Origin: Gammaproteobacteria bacterium
Lineage (GTDB): Bacteria; Pseudomonadota; Gammaproteobacteria; Ga0077536
Direction of reading: 5' to 3'
Length of the DNA stretch: 64,000 nucleotides
NCBI GenBank assembly: GCA_019747795.1
Contig: JAIEQK010000011.1
Span: 7,737-71,736 of the forward strand
Positions 24,529 to 32,470 of this stretch are shown in pieces. Within the stretch, counting starts at the first letter, position 1. Each line of letters opens with the position of its first letter. The notes below the pieces were generated by a model. It was given only the letters and a program-made list of their open reading frames with translations. It had not been told where the DNA came from and searched no databases. The position numbers and the translations under genes are program-made.

Positions 24529-26154
24529 TCAGAAGCCGTACTCGAGACGAAAATGCACGCGCGAGTCGCCGCTCGCGATGGTTCCGGAGTCCTTGAAGGG
24601 CGTGGCCCAGTCGAGTTCGGCCTGGAGCGCTTCGTAGGCGCGCAGACGGAAGCCGAGACCCGCGCTCCACAGCGTTGCTGTCGCGTCCTGGGCGGGCAGC
24701 GCGTCCTGGGTGCGACCGCTGGCGCCCTCCACGAAACCGTGCACGCGCGCGCTCGATAGCGCGGTCCACAGCCGCTTGGCGAAGTCGGGCGAGCGCAGTT
24801 CGAGCGAGGCGCGCAGGCCGTCGTCAAAGAACTGCTGGGATTCGAGGTAACCGCGGATGCTCTGTACGCCGCCGACGCCGAACTGCTCGTTGCTGATCAG
24901 CGGCGCGGCGGCGACCTGGCCGTCGAGCGCGCCGAACATCTCCGCGCCGCCCGGGAGGGGCTGCAGGTGCGAGAGCCGCGCATTGAGATAGATGAAGTTC
25001 GGCTTGGCGCGAAAGCGCTTGTCGGCGAATTCGCTGGTGCGATTGCCCATGCCGCGCAGCGCGAAGTTGAGCCCCGCGCTGAACTCGGTCTCGCTCGAGC
25101 CGCCGAGATACACGCCGCTGTAGAGCGCGCTCAGCACGTGGTAGCTGATGGGCGTGTTGAGCGTGTCGGCGCCGAGCAGCTGGATGGACTCACCGAAGTC
25201 CTTGTAGTCTCCGCCGAGCGTCAGGCTCTGGAAGAAGCTGCCGCGCGCCGGCAGCGGCAGGGTCGCGCGCACCCCGCCGATGATGCCGTTGCCCACCACG
25301 CCGAGCGTGCCGACCGCGGCTACGTCGCTCGTGGTCTTGACGCCGTAGAGCGTGAAGACCTTGTCCGAGTCCGGCAGCCGGAAGCTGTAGGTCGAGGAGA
25401 ACACCTCGACGTTGTCGCGGTTCTCGGGCGCCACCTGGTAGGCGGCCGAGATCGCGTGTTCGCGCTGCCACAGGTTGCCGTAGCGCACTTCGGCGTTCAG
25501 CCGCAGCCTCTCGGTGTTCTGCGTGAAGCGGTCGTTCAGTTCGAGGCTCGCGTGCACGGGCAGCTTGTCCTCGACCCTCAGCTCCACTTCGAGCGTGCCG
25601 GGCGTCGAGCCCGGGCGCAGCACCGGGGTCACGCTGCGGTCCGGGCTCGCCTGGTTCAGGCGCTGGAGTTCCTTCTGCACGGCCGGTAGATGCGGCACAC
25701 CGCCCTCGGCCAGGGCCGGCACCTGGGCGCGAATGCGACCGAGGGAGAAGTATCGCGAGCCGGTGACCTTGAGCCGCTGCACGCGCCCTTCGACCACGCG
25801 CAGTCGCACGATGCCGGCGTCCACGTCCTGCTCGGGGATGTCGATCAGCACGGTGCCGTAGCCGCGTTCCTTGTAGACCTTCTCGAGCGCGCCGCGCGCG
25901 GCCTCGACCGTGTCGATGGTCTTGTCCGGTCCGAGATGGGGGTAGACCGCGCGCTCGATGAGCTCCGCGTCGATGAGCGTGTTGCCCTCGACTTGGTATT
26001 CCCACACGTCGAAAGTCGCGTCGTCTTCCTCGGCGGACGGTTCCGAAGCGGGTGCTTCCTGGGTCGGCGCTTCCTGTGCGGCAAGGTCGACGGTCGTCAA
26101 CAGACCGGCTATGCAGACGGCACCGATGGCAGCCCGCGCCAGGACTCCGGTCAT
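24529..26154 (-). CDS. Two-partner-secretion outer-membrane transporter (TpsB; ShlB/FhaC/HecB family).
   Basis: Signal peptide 'MTGVLARAAIGAVCIAGLLTTVDLAAQEAP'. POTRA-containing N-terminus (FDVWEYQVEGNTLIDAELIERAV). C-terminal 16-strand barrel ending '...RVHFRLEYGF'. Confidence 0.8.
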   Translation of the reverse strand: MTGVLARAAIGAVCIAGLLTTVDLAAQEAPTQEAPASEPSAEEDDATFDVWEYQVEGNTLIDAELIERAVYPHLGPDKTIDTVEAARGALEKVYKERGYGTVLIDIPEQDVDAGIVRLRVVEGRVQRLKVTGSRYFSLGRIRAQVPALAEGGVPHLPAVQKELQRLNQASPDRSVTPVLRPGSTPGTLEVELRVEDKLPVHASLELNDRFTQNTERLRLNAEVRYGNLWQREHAISAAYQVAPENRDNVEVFSSTYSFRLPDSDKVFTLYGVKTTSDVAAVGTLGVVGNGIIGGVRATLPLPARGSFFQSLTLGGDYKDFGESIQLLGADTLNTPISYHVLSALYSGVYLGGSSETEFSAGLNFALRGMGNRTSEFADKRFRAKPNFIYLNARLSHLQPLPGGAEMFGALDGQVAAAPLISNEQFGVGGVQSIRGYLESQQFFDDGLRASLELRSPDFAKRLWTALSSARVHGFVEGASGRTQDALPAQDATATLWSAGLGFRLRAYEALQAELDWATPFKDSGTIASGDSRVHFRLEYGF

Positions 26155-26319
26155 CACAGGTCGCTCAGCGACCGGGCTCGAGGCGCGCGAGGAGAGTAAC
26201 GGGACGCCATCGAGGGTGCGGAGCAACATAAGCCGCGCATCATGGCGACGATTTATGACCAATGCGTGACGTTTATGTCGGTTGTTGGTGTGATGGCAGA
26301 GGGCGCTTACATGCATGGG

Positions 26320-26900
26320 CTCCGCCGAGCGCCGATGGACCCTCGCTTTCGCGAGGGTGACGGAGAAGTGAAAACTCGACGTGCTCCGTCATTCCTGCGA
26401 AAGCAGGCATCCATGGGCTTCGCCAACCGCAGATGGACCCCTGCTTTCGCAGGGGTGACGGAGACGCCATGCTGACGCCCAAAGTGACGTGGTCGCCGAG
26501 GCCTCCAATCCGTCATGCCTGCGAAAGCAGGCATCCAAGGGCTTCGCCAGCCGCAGATGGACCCCTGCTTTCGCAGGGGTGACGGAGAAGTGAAAACTCG
26601 ACGTGCTCCGTCATTCCTGCGAAAGCAGGAATCCAAGGGCTTCGCCGATCGCAGATGGCCCCCTGCTTTCGCAGGGGTGACGGGAAAGGAGACGTCAGGG
26701 TCGTCACGTCGAGCCTGCGTAATCAAGCATCCATTGGCTTCGCCCGGCGCCGATGGACCCCTGCTTTCGCAGGGGTGACGGAGAAGTGAGAACTCGAAGA
26801 GCTCCGTCATTCCTCCGAAAGCAGGAATCCAAGGGCGTCACTGACCGCAGATGGATCCCTGCTCGCGCGGGAGCGCCGGCGGAGCCTCGGCGCGTCGCCG
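26320..26900. repeat. Tandem array of ~6 copies of a ~100-120 bp imperfect-palindromic repeat (REP/MITE-like).
   Basis: Core 'CCGTCAYYCCTGCGAAAGCAGG' and its reverse complement 'CCTGCTTTCGCAGGGGTGACGG' recur at ~26344, 26441, 26561, 26663, 26761 and 26870, with conserved inter-arm sequence. This generates spurious ORFs with reiterated PAFAGMTE/SFLRKQ peptides. Confidence 0.7.
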
Positions 26901-26911
26901 CTTCTCCTTAC

Positions 26912-28888
26912 TCAGCGCTGCTGCTTCAACTGCTTGCGCAGTCGCGTGATCTCCTTGTTGCGGGCCGCGATGATGTTGTCGCGGTCCTTGATCTGCCTCG
27001 CGCGCCGGGTCAGCAGGCTGTTCTTGCTCGTGATGGTCGCCTGTGCGGAGGTCAGCTGGGTCTGCAGCGCGGCCGCGCTGGCCTGGGCCTCGGCCAACTG
27101 GTCGAGCAGGTCGCTGGCGCCGGAGCCCGTCGCGTCGACGTTCTTGCGCTTCAGGTTGACCGGGTCGAACACCACCGGCGCCGAGCAGCTCTCGCCGCGA
27201 TAGGTCCAGGTGTTGATCGGCAGCGGGTCGTCCGGGTTCATGAGACCGGCCGCGGTGAGCGGTGCGTCGGGCAGAGCGCCACCGGTGGAGGCGAGGGGGG
27301 CAGACAGCCAGCCGCCCATGCCCCAGGGGTGCAGGAAGTTCTGGTTGGTGTCGAACACGTCCACCGGGCCCGCCACGCACACCGAGTCGAAGATCGCGCG
27401 CAGTTCGGACGGCACCGCGTTCGGATCGATCGCGGAGTTGTCCTTGCGCATCTGGCAGGTGCCTTCGTAGTGATCGAAGTAGTCGCCGAGCCACACGTTC
27501 TCGATGGTCGGCGCCAGCTCGTCGATCTTGGCGAAGCGGTACTTCTGCGCGAGGTCGGGATTCTTCTCCGTGCTCTGCACGCCGATCGCCCAGCCGTAAC
27601 GCGGACCGAGCGGGCCGGCGCCGCCGAACAGCGTGCTGGTGTTGGTGTTGCCGTTCTCGAGGTCGTTCAGACAGCGGTCGACGTCGCTCGAGCCGCGGTT
27701 CGAGCACACCACCGACTGGCTGGAGTAGCTGCAGGTGCTCGGCCCGGGATTCAGCGGCTGCTCGGCGGTCATCTCGCCGTTGACGTTCATGCACGGGCGG
27801 TCGAGGAAGAAGGCGTTGAACTGCGCCTGGGTGCCCGAGCCGTCATTGCGCCGGCAGACGTGCACGCGCTGGTTGTCGAGCGTCGGCACCGCGCTGGTGG
27901 TGGGCACCGGCAGACCGGCCGCGGTCGCGGCTTCTACCAGGGTCACGCCGTCACGGTGCACCTGGCTCCACTTGGTGATGCGACCGGTCAGGATGCCGGC
28001 CACTTCCGCGCGGGTCAGGTTCGGCATGCAGGCCTCGCTGTCGGCCACCGTGGCGCGGCCCAGGGAGGGCGAGACGTCGGCCGTCGCGTTCTTGGTGCCG
28101 GCGGGGATGCGCGCGACGTCCAAGGCTTCCGGCAGGCCGTCGCCGTTGGTGTCGGCCGAGGTAGGCAGCAGCGTGCCCCACGCGGCGTTGGACGGATGGC
28201 AGGCGCTGGCGGTCGGGAACTGCAGCGCCTGCAGGGCGTTGCGCAGGCCGAGCGTCATCGGCACGCCGAAGCCCAGGCCGGCGAGCGGCTTCACGTCGAT
28301 CAGCGCAGAGTCACTGGCGGTGAAGGCGATGCCGGTGGACGGCGTGTTGACGTCGAAGAACAGCTTGGGCTCGACGTCCGAGGTGCCGATGTCGCCGCCA
28401 TTCAAAGGCTGGTTCGGAATGTTGCAGTTGTTGTACAGGCGGAAGCTGGTGCCGGCACCGGTCTGGGTGGTGACCGCGGCTGCACAGGCCGTTGCCGGGT
28501 TGAAGGCCGGCGTGGGTATCGGGTACTGCAGCGCGCTCTCGCTCGGGCGTGAGATGGGGGTGGTGCCGTCGCCCGAGCCGCCGCCCTGCTTGATGGCGCG
28601 TACCGTGCTGCCGCCGACGGCGCCCTTCAGATCGCAGATCACGACAAAGTCATCGGCGTCCTTCTGGTAGACGGTGATGTCCTTGCCGGACAGGCCACCG
28701 TTCGGATCGCAGGCATTGTCGATCAGGCTGTTGCGCACGAACTGCGCGGAGGCCGTGGCGCCGGAGAAGTACACCGTGTAGTCGATGGACGCGTCAATCG
28801 GCTCGAAGTCGATGGCCTGAGCGTGGACGCCCGCGAGCGCGAGCGCGGTCGCGCAGGCGAGACGCAAGGGAGATCTGTGCATGTGCAT
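26912..28888 (-). CDS. Secreted enlarged PstS-like (periplasmic phosphate-binding-protein fold) protein with a C-terminal coiled-coil tail, paralogue 1.
   Basis: Signal peptide MHMHRSPLRLACATALALAGVHAQA. 'TVYFSGATASAQF' and 'VCRRNDGSGTQAQFNAFFL' parallel the PstS GAGATFPAPVY / RRADGSGTSFVFTSYL motifs. ~80% identical to the next gene. Tail 'LTRRARQIKDRDNIIAARNKEITRLRKQLKQQR'. Confidence 0.5.
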   Translation of the reverse strand: MHMHRSPLRLACATALALAGVHAQAIDFEPIDASIDYTVYFSGATASAQFVRNSLIDNACDPNGGLSGKDITVYQKDADDFVVICDLKGAVGGSTVRAIKQGGGSGDGTTPISRPSESALQYPIPTPAFNPATACAAAVTTQTGAGTSFRLYNNCNIPNQPLNGGDIGTSDVEPKLFFDVNTPSTGIAFTASDSALIDVKPLAGLGFGVPMTLGLRNALQALQFPTASACHPSNAAWGTLLPTSADTNGDGLPEALDVARIPAGTKNATADVSPSLGRATVADSEACMPNLTRAEVAGILTGRITKWSQVHRDGVTLVEAATAAGLPVPTTSAVPTLDNQRVHVCRRNDGSGTQAQFNAFFLDRPCMNVNGEMTAEQPLNPGPSTCSYSSQSVVCSNRGSSDVDRCLNDLENGNTNTSTLFGGAGPLGPRYGWAIGVQSTEKNPDLAQKYRFAKIDELAPTIENVWLGDYFDHYEGTCQMRKDNSAIDPNAVPSELRAIFDSVCVAGPVDVFDTNQNFLHPWGMGGWLSAPLASTGGALPDAPLTAAGLMNPDDPLPINTWTYRGESCSAPVVFDPVNLKRKNVDATGSGASDLLDQLAEAQASAAALQTQLTSAQATITSKNSLLTRRARQIKDRDNIIAARNKEITRLRKQLKQQR

Positions 28889-29170
28889 GTTCCTCGAAAG
28901 CACGTGGTCGAAGCTGTGGGGCCGAGGACGCCAGGTGCAGGGGGGCATGGTGCGCGCGCTGCGGCAAGCGGTCGGGCTGGGCTGCCAGCGGCCGCGACTA
29001 TGTCACCGTCCGGTGACATATCCGTGACAATGTTGCAATGAAATGTAAGGAAGCAGGCGGGGCGGGCAGCGCGCGGAACGGCGCGGACCAGGGAGGGACC
29101 AGACCAGCCCGCGAGCGGGCTGGCATGGCGTCGGCACGGGCGACCCAGCGGGCCGCCCGTGCCCAGGCGA

Positions 29171-30922
29171 TTACAGGTCGCCTTCGCGGGTCGCGTTCAC
29201 CGGATCGAACACCACCGGGGCCGAGCAGCTCTCGCCGCGATAGGTCCAGGTGCTCACCGGCTTGGGATCGTTCGGATCCATCAGGCCGGCCGCGGTCAGC
29301 GGCGCATCCGGGGTCGCGCCACCCGTCGCCGCGAGCGGCACCGACAGCCAACCGCCCACGCCCCAGGGGTGCAGGAAGTTGAGGTTGGTGTCGAACACGT
29401 CAGCCGGTCCGGCGGCGCAGGCATTGTTGAAGATCGCCCGCAGCTCCGACGGCACCACGTTCGGATCGATCGACGAGTTGTCCTTGCGAATCTGGCAAGT
29501 GCCCTCGTAATGATCCGTGTAGTCGGCCAGGTAGACGTTCTTGATGCTGGGCGCGAGACCGTCGATCTTGGCGAACCGGTAACGGAAGCCGAGGTTCGGG
29601 TTCTTCTCCGTGCTCTGCACACCGATGGCCCAGGCGAAGCGCGGACCCAGGGGGCCGGTGCCGCCGAACAGGCCGCTGGTGTTGGTGTTGCCGGCGTCCA
29701 GGTCGTTCAGGCAGCGATCGACCTCGCTCGAACCACGGTTCGAGCACACCAGCGACTGACCCGTGTAGGAGCAGGTGTTGGCGCCCGGGTTGAGCGGGGC
29801 TTCGGCGGTGATGGTGTCGCCCACCTTCATGCACGGCCGCTTCAGGAAGAACGCGCTCAGCTGCGCCTGGGTGCCCGAACCGTTGTTGCGACGGCAGATG
29901 GCGATGCGCTGGTTGTTCAGCGCGGGCACCGCGTTGGCGGCAGGCACGGGCAGGCCCGCGGCCGTCGCGGCCTGGACCAGGTTGGTGCCGTTGCGCTGGA
30001 TCTGGGTCCAGCGGGTCAGGCGCCCGGTCAGCATGCCGGCCACTTCAGCACTGGTCAGATTGGGCATGCACTGCTCGCTGTCCGCGACGCGTGCGGTGCC
30101 GAGCGAAGGCGACACGTCCGCGACCGGGTTCTTGGTGCCGCTTGCCACGCGCGCCACGTCGACCAGTTCGGCCACACCGTCGCCGTTGATGTCGACGTTG
30201 GTCGGCAGCAGGGTGTTCCATGACGCGTTGTTCGGATGGCAGGGGCTGCTCACCGGGAACTGCATCGCCTGCAGGGCATTGCGCAGGCCCGTGGTCATCG
30301 AGATGCCGAAGCCGAGGCCGGCCAGCGGCTTGACGTCGAGCACGGCCGAGTCGGCTGCCGTGAAGGCGATGCCGGTGGAGGGCGTGTTGACGTCGAAGAA
30401 GAGCTTGGGCTCGACGTCCGAGGTGCCGATGTCACCACCGGACAGCGGCTGGTTGGGGATATTGCAGTTGTTGTACAGGCGGAAGCTAGTGCCGGCGCCG
30501 GTCTGGGTGGTGACCGCGGCGTTGCAGGCGGTGCCAGGATTGAAGGCCGCGGTCGGGATCGGGTACTGCAGCGGGCTGGCGGCCGGCTGCGAGATCGGCG
30601 TGGTGCCGTCACCCGAGCCGCCGCCCTGCTTGATGGCGCGCACGGTGCTGGCGCCGACGGCGCCCTTCAGATCGCAGATCACGACGAAGTCGTCGGCGTC
30701 CTTCTGGTAGACGGTGATGTCCTTGCCGGACAGGCCGCCGTTCGGATCGCAGACGTTGTCGATGAGGCTGTTGCGCACGAACTGCGCGGACGCGGTCGCA
30801 CCGGCGAAGTACACGGTGTAGTCGATCGACGGGTCGATGGGCGCGAAGTCCACCGCCTGCGCGCCGAGCGCCGCGGCGCCGAGTGCGGCGCTGACGGCGA
30901 AATTGAGAAGCTTGCGTTTCAT
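29171..30922 (-). CDS. Secreted enlarged PstS-like protein, paralogue 2.
   Basis: Signal peptide MKRKLLNFAVSAALGAAALGAQA. Same motifs (ICRRNNGSGTQAQLSAFFL). Collinear with paralogue 1 except for the C-terminal tail. Confidence 0.5.
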   Translation of the reverse strand: MKRKLLNFAVSAALGAAALGAQAVDFAPIDPSIDYTVYFAGATASAQFVRNSLIDNVCDPNGGLSGKDITVYQKDADDFVVICDLKGAVGASTVRAIKQGGGSGDGTTPISQPAASPLQYPIPTAAFNPGTACNAAVTTQTGAGTSFRLYNNCNIPNQPLSGGDIGTSDVEPKLFFDVNTPSTGIAFTAADSAVLDVKPLAGLGFGISMTTGLRNALQAMQFPVSSPCHPNNASWNTLLPTNVDINGDGVAELVDVARVASGTKNPVADVSPSLGTARVADSEQCMPNLTSAEVAGMLTGRLTRWTQIQRNGTNLVQAATAAGLPVPAANAVPALNNQRIAICRRNNGSGTQAQLSAFFLKRPCMKVGDTITAEAPLNPGANTCSYTGQSLVCSNRGSSEVDRCLNDLDAGNTNTSGLFGGTGPLGPRFAWAIGVQSTEKNPNLGFRYRFAKIDGLAPSIKNVYLADYTDHYEGTCQIRKDNSSIDPNVVPSELRAIFNNACAAGPADVFDTNLNFLHPWGVGGWLSVPLAATGGATPDAPLTAAGLMDPNDPKPVSTWTYRGESCSAPVVFDPVNATREGDL

Positions 30923-30956
30923 GTCGTTTCCTCTATGGAGCTGTCAGGAGGGCGGC

Positions 30957-31859
30957 TCAGGCCGCGGTGCGGCGACGGCCGGCGAGGCCGACCAGCGCGG
31001 AGCCGAGCAGCCACACGGCGCCGGGCACCGGAATGGGCGCCGCGGTCGGCGCGAAGCTCAGCGTGCCGTTGGTCGCCAGCGTCCACTTGCCGAGCGCCGC
31101 GGGGGCCGGTGCACCGGTGAAGTTGTTGGTCTCGAGGAAGTAGAAGTCGACGGCGTTGCCAATCGTGCCCTCGGTGTTGAAGCCGAAGGTGCTGGAGCCG
31201 CCGAAGTTGTTGTCGTGGTAACCGAACTGGCCGGGTGCGAACACGCCGGAGAGGTTCAGCGCGGCGGTGCCGGCGGCCGAGCCGTCGGTCTTGATGTTCA
31301 CGCCTTGCACGAACGACACGAAGGCCGCCTCGGCGCTCGAGTACTCAGAGAGCAGGCCGGGCTTCTTGGCCGCGACAGCGGCCGCGCTCTCACCGGCGGT
31401 GCTCAAGTAGCCGAGGTCGATGGCCTCGAAGGTGTTCGGGTCGAAGCCCGAGACGTTGTGCACGGCGGTCAGGTTGAAGCTGATGTCCTTGCCGGCATGG
31501 GTGGACAGGAAACTGGTCAGGTTGGCGTCCGGCGCGATGCTGAACGACAGCGAGCCCAGGGTGCCGGCGTTCAGCGCCTGCACGAAGGTGCGGGAGGTGA
31601 TGCCGAGATCGCGGACGTAGGAGCGGTTGCTGCCCGGATCGGACGGGCTGCGCGCTACGATCGAGACGAACAGTTCGCCCACGCCGCCGATGCTGTTGTT
31701 GCTGCCGCCGAGATCCGGCGCGCCGAAGTCCAGGCCGGCCAGCGTGTTGTTGCCGAGGCCCGGCAGGCCGTCGAGGCTGATGGCAGCCTGCGCGGGTGCC
31801 GTGGCGCACAGCGCCGCGGTCACGGCCGCTGCCGCTGTGAGGTTGTGCAGTGTCTTCAT
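30957..31859 (-). CDS. PEP-CTERM-type exosortase substrate (secreted Gly/Ser/Asn/Thr-rich protein) with a variant sorting signal.
   Basis: Signal peptide MKTLHNLTAAAAVTAALCATAPAQA. C-terminus '...PIPVPGAVWLLGSALVGLAGRRRTAA*' (Pro motif, hydrophobic helix, Arg cluster). GGAG RBS 7 nt upstream of the ATG. Confidence 0.55.
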   Translation of the reverse strand: MKTLHNLTAAAAVTAALCATAPAQAAISLDGLPGLGNNTLAGLDFGAPDLGGSNNSIGGVGELFVSIVARSPSDPGSNRSYVRDLGITSRTFVQALNAGTLGSLSFSIAPDANLTSFLSTHAGKDISFNLTAVHNVSGFDPNTFEAIDLGYLSTAGESAAAVAAKKPGLLSEYSSAEAAFVSFVQGVNIKTDGSAAGTAALNLSGVFAPGQFGYHDNNFGGSSTFGFNTEGTIGNAVDFYFLETNNFTGAPAPAALGKWTLATNGTLSFAPTAAPIPVPGAVWLLGSALVGLAGRRRTAA

Positions 31860-32412
31860 CGAAGTCTCCATAAAGGTCATCCCAGGGGTGATCCGCAAAG
31901 CCATCCTTGGTCTTTGTGTCACGCCGACCGCCGCGGATCGCGAGGGCCGGCGCGTCGCCCGCTCGGTACCGGCGCCGAGCGCGCATTGCGATTGCCGTTT
32001 CGTTGCTGACCTCATCCGGCGTCGTGGACAGTCAGCGGGGGGCAATGTGGCAGCGCTTGGCGACACCTTCGCGGCAGGTTCGTGACAATCGTGTCTCAGC
32101 GTGTCATTCAGGATGGAAGAGAGCGGGCCGCAATGCCGCGCGGCGGACCATGAGGGTCGCGCTGGGTTGGGGGCGGAGTGCCCGGAAGGCAGTGCAGCGT
32201 GCGGCCGTCACGTAGCCGCAACCACGGACGGTTACCCTGCGCAGCCCCGCGCTGGAGTGAAGACTGCCATGGCCCGGTCGCTAGATGAAGAAGGACCGGT
32301 CAGGGCACGCGTGTGAAAGGTGGAGAATTCTTGCGCTGCCGCATTTGGTGACCGCGTACATATAAATGTCGCGCGCGGGGCTGCTACTATTCGTCGGGTG
32401 GATACCAGTTAC

Positions 32413-32441
32413 GCTCAAGTTCTCGAAAATGCTTGAGCCTC
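32413..32441 (+). promoter_or_regulatory. Palindromic element GCTCAAG-N12-CTTGAGC containing the shared 'TCGAAAATGCTTGAGCCTC' motif, ~35 nt upstream of manC.
   Basis: Inverted repeat read directly. 18/20 identity to the element upstream of the SMR operon (4495-4521). Confidence 0.3.
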
Positions 32442-32470
32442 GTTGCCTATCAGGTTGAAAGCGATCTAGC

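Noticed and set aside
26307-26810. 167-aa ORF (and overlapping 26515-26778, 26273-26482 ORFs) with reiterated 'PAFAGMTE'/'SFLRKQ' peptides
   Set aside because: These are translations of the tandem palindromic DNA repeat. The periodicity is nucleotide-level, and the same peptides recur in several frames and strands.
26320-26900. Possible CRISPR array
   Set aside because: The sequences between the 22-bp cores are themselves conserved from unit to unit, and the cores alternate orientation as hairpin arms. No cas genes are nearby. This is a REP/MITE-like tandem repeat, not CRISPR.
26753-28552. 599-aa plus-strand ORF (and 29159-30223) antisense to the PstS-like paralogues
   Set aside because: GC-bias artefacts. 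The opposite-strand genes have signal peptides, conserved PstS motifs and a paralogous partner.
30837-32009. 390-aa plus-strand ORF antisense to the PEP-CTERM protein gene and its upstream region
   Set aside because: Low-complexity Gly/Ala/Arg translation. The minus-strand gene has a clear signal peptide, RBS and PEP-CTERM-like tail.
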